DNA from: the human T2T-CHM13v2.0 reference genome, Homo sapiens
Assembly: GCF_009914755.1 (NCBI RefSeq)
Contig: NC_060948.1
DNA length: 64,000 nt
Direction: 5' to 3' (one strand)
Positions 46,770 to 58,782 of the stretch are shown here, piece after piece (the stretch's first letter is position 1; each line of letters opens with the position of its first letter). The notes under the pieces were generated by a model, which was not told the DNA's origin, did no database searches, and saw nothing but the letters and a program-made list of their open reading frames with translations. The position numbers and the translations under genes were made by a program.

Positions 46770-47180
46770 TGTATGGTCTTCATGTGTCCCCCAGAGCTCA
46801 AGTGTTGGAAACTTAATCCTCTATGTGACAGTGTTGAGATGTGGGCCTAATAAGAGTGATTGGGTTATGAGATTCTGCCCCAATGCATGGATTAATGTTA
46901 GTATCTCAGGAAGAGGTTAGTTATCTGGGGGGTGGGTTAGTTATCTTGGGAGTGCGCTTGTATTAAAAGCAAGTTCAGCCCCTTTTGCTCTCTTTCTTTC
47001 TCAAAGTCTTGCTTTGCTGCCTTCAGCCATGAGATGACACAGCAAGAAGGCCTTCACCAGATGCAGACGCCCTCATCCTTGGACTTCCTCACCTCCAGAA
47101 CACTAAGAAATAAATTTCTTTTCTTTATAGATTCCCTAGTCTATGGTATTTTGTTATAGTAGTACAAAATGGGTTAAGAA
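46770..47180 (+). mobile_element. MST-type (MSTC/D-like) MaLR solo LTR
   Basis: tgtatggtc...gttggaaacttaatcc...aaataaatttc...ggtattttgttatag...gggttaaga. Confidence 0.8.
46857..46867 (-). promoter_or_regulatory. DUX4-type double-homeobox motif TAACCCAATCA
   Basis: + strand TGATTGGGTTA, exact match to TAAYYYAATCA, inside a MaLR LTR; binding not demonstrated. Confidence 0.5.
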
Positions 47181-47458
47181 GTCCCATTAAGTGGAGAGTG
47201 CTGATCCACAGGGTTGAGATCATTGACTTAGGGCTTGGAGTCTTATACAACATCCCTATGGGAGTTGGCCTCCATATTCCCTAACTTCCACGAATCTCAA
47301 ATGGTGATCTCAGACCAAAATATAGCCCAGATATTTTGCATTTGGCAATATTGCCCACTTTTCTACAACTTTATCATGGCAGCTTTGATGTGTTCACTTC
47401 TACAATCCCTGAAAGGATATGAGTTCAAGATCCTGCAAGGTTACAATCCAAGGATAGA

Positions 47459-47627
47459 AGAGCCTAGACAAGATTCCCATCAACTGGGTGATCAGTGCAG
47501 AGATACGTCACAAATCCTCAGTAGGCAAAGCCTAGACAAGAGTTACATCACCAGGGGGTTCAATGCAGAGATATGTTACAAAGCCCCCATAGGCAGAGCC
47601 TAGACAAGAGTTACATCACCTGGGTGA
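47459..47627 (+). repeat. Beta satellite (68-bp Sau3A), ~2.5 units
   Basis: agcctagacaag recurs at 47461, 47529, 47597 (period 68); gatcagtgcagagat...gagttacatcacctgggtga. Confidence 0.92.
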
Positions 47628-47679
47628 CAGGCAAACAACAATGAAAACTTATTTTCATCCCCACTTCAGTCTTTGAGGT

Positions 47680-47832
47680 TAGACAGACCAGGATTCAAAT
47701 CCAAGCTCCATCTCTGGCTGTGCGAGCTTGCTCAAGCTGCTAACCTCTCTGAGATTTGACTCTTCATTTGTGAAATGAGGATAAAGACCCTTCTCTCAGG
47801 GGCTGTGCCAAGGATGAAATGAGTCATGCATT
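47680..47832 (+). mobile_element. MIR SINE
   Basis: agacagaccaggattcaaatcc...ctaacctctctgag...catttgtgaaatgaggata. Confidence 0.8.
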
Positions 47833-47847
47833 GGTCAGGACAGGTGA

Positions 47848-48220
<373 letters not shown>

Positions 48221-48446
48221 TTGACTTCTGAATTGATTTCACATCCATCACGGGTGAACAAGGGTCTCTGGTGGTCGTAGTCATTCAGAGCCTCAAACAG
48301 ATAGACCCTTATCCCAGAAGATGCTCCCACAGTTCCAGAAACAGAGCAAATAAAACGTAATCAGCCATGAGCCACTTCTTAAATCCCCTGCCCGGAAGGG
48401 ATGCACATTTCTTCTGTCACAGCTGTTGCCCAAAATGTCTCAGGCT

Positions 48447-48738
48447 GCCGCGCACAGTGGCTCACATCTGTAATCTCAGCATTTTGGGAGGCAGAGGCAG
48501 GCAGATCACCTGAGGTCAGGAGTTCCAGACCAGTCTGACCAACATGGAGAAACCCTATCTCTACTCATAATATGAAAATTTGCCGGTCGTGGTGGCGGGT
48601 GCCTGTTAGCCCCAGCTAGTCTGGAAGCTGAGGCAGGAGAATCACTTGGATCCAGGAGGTGGAGATTGCAATGAGTTGAGAACAGGCCACTGCATCCCAG
48701 TCTGAGTGAAAGAGTGAGACTTCATCTCAAAAAAAAAA
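48447..48738 (+). mobile_element. Alu (AluSp/Sq-like)
   Basis: Alu dimer; TSD gtctcaggct. Confidence 0.95.
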
Positions 48739-49351
48739 GTCTCAGGCTATGTCTGAACTAGGAGGGTAGAAAGATTAGTCATTTTGGTTACCACAAACCA
48801 TCAAAACAAAGGTGCAGATCATTGATGTAAAATTACAGTTAGTTCCTTCCGACTCCTTTTCAGCTTCTCTTCATTGCTATGAGCCAGCATCTCCAGTGTC
48901 AGTTTTCAGTCTGTTGCCTCCAAGCTCCTAGTGTACCTTTCAATATGTGCACTGTGATAAACTGGGAAACACTGTTCAATATACCTTCTGGAAGTAAACA
49001 TTCTGCAGGCATCTAGGTAGAGGATGGAGAGACTCCAGGAGACAGGAGCTCTCTGGCTGGGCCTTGATCATGTTCAATCCCCAACCTCAGACCTAGGCGT
49101 GGTCCCTCAGCCACCTTATAGCCTTGGCTTGCAACATCTCTACATGGAAACCAAAACGCAGCAGGGCCCATGTGATCTGAAGGTTCCTGAAAAGTTTCCC
49201 AGAACCCCTCTTGTACCCCTTGTGCAACCCGCACACGGTGACTTGTATTCTAGAGGGTCCGCACAGAGCGGCCATTCCTTCTGCCAGAACCTGCACTCAC
49301 GCATTCTGGAGGCTTCCTGCACTACAAAGGCAGCCAGACACCCACCATGCA

Positions 49352-49602
49352 TCCCTGCACCAGTGGCCCACGGCTAGCTCCCTCATCTGCACTCCAGCGG
49401 CTCATGGCCAGCTCCCTCACCTGCACCAGTGGCTCTTGGCCGGCTCCCTCCCCTGCACACCAGCGGCTCACGGCCGGCTCCCTCCCCTGCACACCAGTGG
49501 CTCATGGCTCACTCCCTCCCTTGCAAACCAGCAGCTCACGGCCTGCTCCCTCCCCTGCATTCCAGCAGCTCATGACCAGCTCCCTCACCTGCACTCCAGT
49601 GG
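49352..49602. repeat. GC-rich minisatellite, 32-34-bp unit, ~7.5 copies
   Basis: Unit ~ctccctcccctgcacaccagcggctcacggccgg. Confidence 0.9.
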
Positions 49603-50749
49603 GTGGCCCAGTGCTTGTGCAAAAGCTGCTGACTAGCTCCAGCCTGCCCAAATCCACAAACGTCTCTTATGTGGTGGTTGAACCACATTTTATGACATCT
49701 GAACACCTTTCAAATCTGTGCTTCCTTGGGTACCTCTCTTTCCAATAGGGCACCAGGCAGAGTTGCTTTATGTCTTACAGTGACTCTTTTATCATAGTTG
49801 CAATCCTTTATACTACACTTCCCCGTTAGACCCACTATGTGGTTTCTATCTCTTGATGGGACCCAGGCTGCTACACAACCTAACCCATGAACATTGCACT
49901 TCATTAATTCCTCACCATTGGCCCAAGATCATGCTCCATCACCTGTCTCTGCCTTCTGACTTTCTTTCCTTAAGTGAAACCCCTAAACGTCCTCTTTGTG
50001 CCCAAAGCTTACCTGCTCTTCCTTCCCTATATTCTTGGCCAGACACAAAAATCTGATGCTCTGGCAAATGCAGAAATGGGGAGAAGGCAGGGGAATCATT
50101 TCTCCTCCCTTAGGTAAGCACTGAGGGTTATGTCATTCCATTGTGTGAGGAATAAAAAAATGAGGCATAGAGAGCTGCCATGATTTGCCTGGACCAATGA
50201 AGCTTTCATGGCAGAGGTGGAACAAATGTTTAGGTGTCCTGAATGTCAGTCCAGCTCATATGTCTTCAGAACGTGCTGTGGAGGGAGACACCGGGGGATC
50301 CCACTCATGCTGAGCACTCAGGGGTACCCAGGTGCTGAGAGTGGGGACGTGACAGGCTGAGTTGACTCAGTCCAGTCCTCCTACACCAAATAATGATGGA
50401 AACCCTCACATAATAGAAGTGAAGAGAGGGAACGAAGCCAGGAACTATTAAGAGGCTGATGCCTAGGAGGCCTGGGCAGAATGACAGGGAGATTAGAGCA
50501 GAACAGAGGCCGTAGATGGGGACAAGGGGAAGGAAGTGGCCTCAGTGGCCAGATGGCACCTGTCCACTGCACAGAGGCTGGAGCCTTGAGTTCCATCTAG
50601 TCCTTGTCAACTACAATCATTCTGCCCTATGGCTCAATGAGTCCTGGAGAAAATGTGTTTTCTGCAGGCTGCGGAGGTGAGAATAAAACAATTCAGCCGT
50701 AAGAAGTTGAAAGTCCCGGAAATCATAGCAGGTGGAGATGGGATTCCTA

Positions 50750-51085
50750 CTTAAACTTCCTGCCCTTGACTTCTGGTTTGGCCATGTGTCTCACTTTGGC
50801 CAATGAATGTGGTAAACTGCCCATTCTGAGCCTGGGTGGTAGGATAAGAGACCTTCACATTTCCCTTTGTTCTTTGTACTCCTGCCATTGCCATGAGAAG
50901 AAGGCACCCTGGCAGGCCCCAACCCGAGGAGGATCAGAGACACTTGGAGCATATCCAGCTCAGCCACCACAGTTTGAGCTTAAACCTCCCAAGCAACTCA
51001 TGCCCATGAGTGAGAAATGGTGGCCTATGGTAGTAGGCCTCTGAGGTGTGGGGTTACTAGTTACAAAGCAAGAGTTAACTAACAG
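50750..51085 (+). mobile_element. MLT1-type LTR fragment
   Basis: ttggccatgtgtctcactttggccaatg...; ctgaggtgtggggttactagttacaaagca...taactaac. Confidence 0.6.
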
Positions 51086-51299
51086 AGATTTCTACCTCAC
51101 ATCCCTATGAATCAAAGGACAAAGGAAATGAAACAAAATGTGAAAAGCAGATTTCCAATTTTTAGAAGAAAACAGAGGACAGATTTTATGACACTAAGCA
51201 GAGAAAAACTTTTTTTAATATGACACAAAACACAGACACCATAAAAGAAACTACTGACAAAAAAGGCGATGAATAAAGTTAAAAGACAAAGACAGTGCA

Positions 51300-51654
51300 T
51301 GATAAGGTTTGGCTGCATGTCCCCACCCAAATCTCATCTTGAATTGTCCTCCCATAATTCTCCTGTGTTGTGGGTGGGACCTGGTGGGAGACAATTGGAA
51401 TCATGGGGGCAGTTCCCCCATACTGTTCTCCTGGTAGTGAATAAGTCTCACGAGTTCTGACGGTTTTATCAGGGGATTCCACTTTTGCATCGTCCTCATT
51501 TTTCTCTGGCCACTGCCATGAAAGAAGTATCTTTCAACTCCCACCATGTTTCTGAGGCCTCTTCAGTCACGTGGAACTGTAAGTCCAATTAAACCTCTTT
51601 TTCTTCCCAGTCTGGGATATGTCTTTATCGGCAGTGTGAAAATGGACTAATAGA
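51300..51654 (+). mobile_element. THE1A/B solo LTR within an old L1M fragment
   Basis: tgataaggtttggctg...aatggactaataga; perfect 5-bp TSD gtgca. Confidence 0.92.
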
Positions 51655-51732
51655 GTGCACCAGTAGGGAAAACATATTTGTAAGGTATTTGGCCAAAAAA
51701 GCCTTGATATCCAGATCATTAAAATCAAAATT

Positions 51733-52022
51733 GGCCAGACGTGGTGGCTCATGCCTGTAATCCCAGCACTTTGGGAAGATGAGATGGGTGGATCACCTGA
51801 GGTCGGGAGTTCGAGACCAGTCTGACCAACATGGAGAAACCCCGTCTCTACTAAAAATACAAAATTAGCTGGGAGTGATGGCACTTACTCATAATCCCAG
51901 CTACTCAGGAGGCTGAGGCAGGAGAATCACTTGAACCCAGGAGGTAGAAGTTGCAGTGAGCCATGATCATGCCATTGAACTCCCACCTAGGCAATAAGTG
52001 CAAAACTCCATCTAAAAAAAAA
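51733..52022 (+). mobile_element. Alu (AluSp-like)
   Basis: gaggtcgggagttcgagaccag...gaccaacatggagaaacccc. Confidence 0.95.
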
Positions 52023-53963
52023 TATATCACTTACAAGTCAGCAAGGAGAAACCAAAGACCCAACAGACATATGGGACAGGAGCAATTCACAGAGGAGGAG
52101 ACCCGAAGGGCTGGGAAACACAAGGCACGCATTCAGCTGCCCAGCAGAATCCAGGAACAATATCAGAAAGTGCGATAAAAAATATTGATGAAGATGAGTG
52201 AAGACAGATGAGCGCACTGCTGGCGAGGGGCATAGTGAGGTCTCCAGCCCCAAGGTCATCTGGCTGTGCTTCCTAGGAAGGAAGTGCTGACAACAAACCT
52301 GTCCCAAGACCCCAAGCTTCACCAGGCTATGTGCAGGCCTTGGACCAGAACATCAGCATCACCTTGGGGTGGGGGTTGCAGGGGGGGTCGCCCATCCTCT
52401 GGTCACCAGAAATGCAGAATTCTAGATTCATCTGGAAGATATTGTTGAAGGGAAAAGCAACTTTCAGGAGAGTAAGTATGGACAGCTATTTGTATAAAAT
52501 TGCAAAACCAGGCCAAAGAACACTATCCATTCTTCATGGACATGCACACTAGGTATTAAACATGGATGGGAAGACACACATTGACTTCACAATAGTGGGG
52601 AGGGAGGCGGTAACTGGACTAGAAAAGGGACATATAATTCGAGCGTCAGGATGAACACTATGGCTGAATCCATAGTTTTCTTCCCTTAAACTCTGGAGAA
52701 AAGTCATCCAAAAGCTACCACGTTTGAATTTTAACTGGGAGGTACATGAAATTTTGATATCATTATCCTCTACATAGTCCTGTGTGTTTGTAATATTGAG
52801 GCATATTTTTTAAACACTTGACACAGCATGAAAGGAAGCTTGCCTACACGGTAACAATGGTTATCTTTAGGTAGCAGAATTCAAGACTGCTTCTTTTTCT
52901 TTATTTTTCCTACTTGTATATTATCTCTATTTCCCTGTGTGAGGATTTATGACTGTTGTGATGAAAAGGCTAGTATTCTAACTCCCTGCATCATAAGCAC
53001 ACACCGTGCCCTGGCTGGCATGATGGGGAGGAGAGAGCGTGTCTGTTCACCTGGCCAGCCCTAGGCAACTCTGCAGAGAAAGATACAGGCACTTCCCCTC
53101 TGCAGCCAAAGAGTTAAGAAGCCTTGATGTGAAACAAATCATTCCAGGGGAGATAAATCCCGGCCTTATCTAATTCTGTATCCTGAGGCTGATTAATTTA
53201 AACTCAAAAATAAAATAAACATCATCCTTAAATAGGGATTAAATACTCAGCGGAGTCCTTAATTAAACAAACTGACATACATTTTATGGTATGGATTCAG
53301 GGGGCCCGGGGTGGGATGAGGGATATCTGTGGGGATGCTTGCTGAGCTAAGGAGAGAAAATCGCCAGTGCTCCTGGATTCCGGAGTGCATTCACCTTTAG
53401 CTCCTTGTCTGGATACCCGCAGAAAACCAAAGAGCCATCCTGTGGCAGGATCTTCATACAGGAGGTGGGCTTGTGCCCGTGTCCCTGCGGGAGAAGGGAT
53501 TAGTGGAGGGAGTGGGTGAAGAGTTTGGAGAAAGCCCCTGATGTTCTTAGAAAACAGTAGGAAAGAGATTCCCTTGCCTGGGCATTGTTCCCAAATAGGA
53601 GACAAGAGCATGAACTAAAAACAGAGACTCTCAGCTCCCTCCATGGTCCCTGAGCTCAGAAGGGAACCCAGGGAAGTGGGGCAAGTAAAAAATTGAGTGG
53701 GCTATCTAACATGTGCCTGGAGGGACCCACGAACCTGAGTCAGGCATGAGAGTGGGCAGCTGGTGGATTCTTCCAGACCTGCAGCACAAAGTCAGGCAGA
53801 CGTCCCAAGAGCAAGCCACTTCTGCAGAGGCCTCTACTGCATCCCTGCCTCATGGGCACAATGTCACAGAACAGAATTACATCATGTGGGAGACCATATG
53901 CAGTGTAAGTGTCATAATGGAGCTGGACCCAGAAGATCCCAGACCCAGGTACAGCTATGTCTC

Positions 53964-54322
53964 TGCTATAGTCAATGTTTGTATGCCCCTAAAATCTGTG
54001 TGTTGAAACCTAACTCCTGATAGGTTAGGATTGAATTAGAAGACAAAGACTTTAGGAAGTGATTTCATCACGAAAGCAAAGACCCCATGAATGGGATAAG
54101 TGGCCTTGTAAAAGGGAGCCAAGGGAGCTTGTTCTCCTTCCACCATGTGAGGACCCATCTAGGAGGTGCCCTCTATAAAGAGCAGGCCCTCAACAGACAC
54201 CCAATCTGCCACTACCTTGACCTCCCATTTGCCAGCATCCAGACCTATGAGGTATAAGTTTCTGTTGCTTATAAGCCCCCTAGGCTAAAGTATTTTGTTA
54301 CAGCAGCCCAAATGGAATAAGA
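53964..54322 (+). mobile_element. MLT1A-type solo LTR
   Basis: tgctatagtc...ccttccaccatgtgaggac...tattttgttacagcagcccaaatggaataaga. Confidence 0.8.
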
Positions 54323-55734
54323 GCCTCTGACCATCTTGAGCAACTCACTTATCTGCTGAACTCTCCACAGATTTAACTGTGATGAAATCCCTCAACAGAT
54401 GTATATTGAACACCTACTGAGTATAAGAACACACTGTGTTGTTGGATAGGATTTAAAGCAAGTCACAGTTCCCCAGGGGAAGGCACTGCCATAGCTGAAG
54501 AGCAAACCCAAGTTGCTGTGGCAAATGGGGGAAAGGGTGGGTGTCAGAGAAGAAGAGAACATGCTAGAGTCCATGTCTGCAGCAATACTGGAACGTCCAA
54601 TAGATGTTTCCCAAAGTGGTGACTTCTCATCCTACAAAAACTCATAGTTGTCCCTGTGTAAAGTCTTCCCAGAAGTGCAGGGCAGCAGAGAATATGCAGA
54701 TCAGAAAAGAGAAGAGGACAGAGAGCACATTCTTGGCATCAGCAGCCACTGACTTCTTGAAGGAAGAAAAGCATTTCTCCTGGATCCCTGGGTAGCAGAT
54801 AAACATACAGAAATAGATTTGTTGGCTATTTGATTCATGGACTCTGAACATTTGCAGACCGGGAGGCTGAGAATCTTCTCCAACCAGATGATGTGGGGCA
54901 TGGAAGTACAGAAAGGGATCAAAGTAGGAGGAAAACAGAGTAATGAGAAGGGAGCTCTCAGCATGACCAACACAGAGACGTGGGTCTCTGCTACCAACGA
55001 TAAGAGCTAATGTATAATGATTGCAGGTTTGCAAATAGCAGGCTTTCCATATCACATATGGCAAGCTCTGATGACAAGCCTGTGTGACAGGTATTGTTGT
55101 CAGAGGCAGAAAGTTGCTACATAATCACACGCAACTGGTGGAATGCCAGAGAGTTTGGTTTTAATTGGTCTTCTTTCTGTTTGTTTTCTATTTGTCCCAT
55201 CTGTATTTCGTTCTCCTTTTCCTCTTTCTCTGACTTCTTTTGAATTTGTTGAGTATTTTTATTTCATTTAATCTTCTTTGTTGGTCTTTTACATATAACT
55301 ATTTTTGCTTGGTTTGGTTTTGAGTTTTAATCATTGCTCTATGGTTTGTGGTATATCACATGGTTTGGATCTGTGTCCCTACCCAAATCTCATGTGGAAA
55401 TGTAATCCTCAATGCCAAACGTGGGGCCTGGAGGGAGGTGATTGGAGCATAGAGCCAGTTTCTCATGGTTTAACACCATCCCCGCTTGGTACTATATAGC
55501 GAGTGTGTTCTCACAAGATCTGGTTGTTTAACAGTGTGTGGCACCTCTCCCTCACTCTCTTCCTCCTGCTCCAGTCACATAAGATATGCCTGCTTCCCTT
55601 TTGCCTTCCGTCATGATTGTAAGCTCCCTGAAGGCCTCCCAAGAAGCTGAGCAGATGACAGAATCATGCTTCCTGTACAGCCTGCAGAACTGTGAGCCAA
55701 TTAAAGCTCTTTTCTTCATAAATTACCCAGTCTC

Positions 55735-56035
55735 ATTTTCTTTTTTTGAGACATAGTCTCATCCTGTCGCCCAGGCTGCAGTGCAGTGGTGTGATCTCGG
55801 CTCACTGCAACTTCCGCCTCCCTGGTTCAAGTGATTCTGCTGTCTCAGCCTCCTGAGTAGCTAAGCTGGGAATACAGGCATATGCCACAAAGCCCACCTA
55901 ATTTTTTTTGTATTTTTAGTAGAGACAGGGTTTCACCTTGTTGGCCAGGATGATCTCAATCTCTTGAACTCGTAATCCACCCATCTCAGCCTCCCAAAGT
56001 GCTGGGATTACAGGCGTGAGCCACCATGCCCAGCC
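55735..56035 (-). mobile_element. Alu
   Basis: Alu dimer; TSD cccagtctca. Confidence 0.95.
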
Positions 56036-56052
56036 CCAGTCTCAGATATTTC

Positions 56053-56936
56053 CTTTTTTTTTAATTTATTTATTATTATTTTTTAAATTATTATTATTTT
56101 GCCTTAAGTTTTAGGGTACATGTGCACAACGTTCAGGTTTGTTATATATGTATACATGTGTCATGCTGGTGTGCTGCACCCATTAACTCGTCATTTAACA
56201 TTAGGTATATTCTTAATGCTATCCCTCCCCCCTCCCTCCACCCCACAACAATCCCTGGTGTGTGATGTTCCCCTTCCTGTATCCATGTCTTCTCATTGTT
56301 CAATTCCCACCTATGAATGAGAACATGTGGTGTTTTGTTTTTTGTCCTTCAATAGTTTGCTGAGAATGATGGTTTCCAGTTTCATCCATGTCTCTACAAA
56401 GGACATGAACTCATCATTTTTTATGGCTGCATAGTATTCCATGGTGTATATGTGCCACATTTTCTTAATCTCATCTATCATTGTTGGACATCTTTGTTGG
56501 TTCCAAGTCTTTGCTATCGTGAATAGTGCAGCAATAAACATATGTGTGCATGTGTCTTTATAGCAGCATTATTTATAATTGTTTGGGTATATACCCAGTA
56601 ATGGGATGGCTGGGTCAAATGGTATTTCTAGTTCTAGATCCCTGAGGGATTGTCACACCGACTTCCACAGTGGTTGAACTAGATTACAGTCCCACCAACA
56701 ATCTAAAAGTGTTCCTGTTTCCCCACATCCTCTCCAGCACCTGTTTTTTCCTCACTTTTTAATGATCACCATTCTAACTGGTGTGAGATGGTATCTCATT
56801 GTGGTTTTGATTTGGATTCCTCTGATGGCCAGTGATGATATTGTGGTTTTGATTTGCATTTCTCTGATGGCCAGTGATTAGGACCATTTTCTCATGTGTT
56901 TTTTGGCTGCATAAATGTCTTCTTTTGAGAAGTGTC
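56053..56936 (-). mobile_element. 5'-truncated L1PA 3' end
   Basis: T-rich tail, L1PA 3'UTR, ORF2 C-terminus (WHIYTMEYYAAIK); TSD-like agatatttcc / agacatttct. Confidence 0.93.
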
Positions 56937-57142
56937 AGACATTTCTTTAGAGCAGTGCAAGAACAGAATAATACAGTATATGTATTTAACTTAGCCTTGG
57001 CTGCTATCAACATTATGCCACTTCACAGAAGCAGGATCTGAGGCTCAAGTTATCATCCTGCCTTGGCCTTCCAAAGTGCTGGGATAACAGGCATGTGCCA
57101 CCATGCCTGGCCTTGCATTGTTTCTAACCAGATGTCTGCCAC

Positions 57143-57445
<303 letters not shown>

Positions 57446-57449
57446 TATT

Positions 57450-58650
57450 TTCATCTCGGTTTCTTTCTGTATAATGTCCTTTTCCCTTTGGTAACATTTC
57501 CGATTTTCTCTTTGTCACTGGTTTGGGGCAATTTGATTATGATGTGCTTCAGTGTGTCATCCTCATGTCTCTTGTGATAGGGGTTCATTGGTTCTTAGAT
57601 CTCTGGGTTTACAGTTTTTCTCAAATTTAAATTTTTTCAGCCACAGTTTTTTCAAATATTTTTTCTTCTACTCCTCCCCACCTTCTTCAGGAACTCCAAT
57701 TACACATATATTAGTCCTGTTGGTGCTGATTTTCTGTTAAATTTTTTCCATTATTTTCTCCATGTTCCATTTTCGATAGTTTCTACTGCTACAACTTCCA
57801 GTTGACTAATCCTTTTTTGTACAATATCTATTCTATTTTAAACACCATTTAGTATATTTTTCATCTCAGACATTTTATTTTTCATCTCTAGAAGTTCCAG
57901 CTGGGTATTCCATGTCTCCACTTCCATGTTCTACCTTACCTTTACCTTCTTCTTGTGGAATGTTATCATTACAATAACTGTTTTAATATCATTGCCTACT
58001 AATTCCATCTTATTTGCCATTTCTGTATCTATTGATCAAGTTTTCTTCTCATTATTGAGACATTTCCTTTTTCTTCACATACCTGGTAATTTTCAGCCAG
58101 ATGGCAGACAACATGAAATTTATCTTATTGTGTGTTGGATATTGTTGGGTTCCTATAAATATTATTGAGCTATGTTCTAAGATGCAGTTAAATTATCTGG
58201 AAAGATTTTGGTTCTTTGAGGGTTTTCTTTGAGGTCTTGTTAAGTAGGACCTTAGCAGCCTCGGCCTAGATCTAATCTTCCACACTACTGAGGCAATTCT
58301 TTTCTGAGTGTTCCATCCAATGGTCTGGGAAGTATAAGGTTTGTCCACTGATGCTGGTCGGAACACCAAATATGCCTGGTTCTGTGGGAGGTTCAAGCAT
58401 TCTTCTTTCTGTTTCCTTCAGGTATTTTCCCTCCCCAGACTTGTAGTTTTCACACATATATGTGCTAATCAGTATTTAGCTGAAGACTCTGGAGGTTTTT
58501 GTTTTGTGACTTTGTCCTTTTCATGCCCTGAATACTCTGCCCTGCAGAGTTTATCTGAGCTTCTTTAGTCTCCCTGGACTCCCAGCTTCATCTCCTCAAT
58601 TCAGGACCATCACCAGGCTCAGTCTGGGTTGGCCCTCCTTGAGCTGTGGC
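57450..58650 (-). mobile_element. Old L1M fragment
   Basis: ggaactccaattacacatatattag; tttcatctctagaagttcc, typical of antisense old L1 ORF1 region. Confidence 0.6.
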
Positions 58651-58782
58651 CTAGAAATGGTTTGACTTCTGGTCACCGCACCTGGGCAGTCCAGAGTCAC
58701 AAGAAACCCTAGGCCATGTGGCAGAATGCCCACTGTCCCCACTTCACCACACTGTACTCTCTCCATCCAGTGCTAGCTTTAG

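Larger units (their letters stand above)
55356..56975 (+). mobile_element. MSTA solo LTR interrupted by an Alu and an L1
   Basis: atggtttggatctgtgtccc...aattacccagtctca [Alu] gatatttcc [L1] atttctttagagcagtgcaagaacagaataataca. Confidence 0.85.

Noticed and set aside
49024-49748. Overlapping 117-141 aa ORFs
   Set aside because: Largely explained by GC-rich sequence and the minisatellite; no recognisable domain
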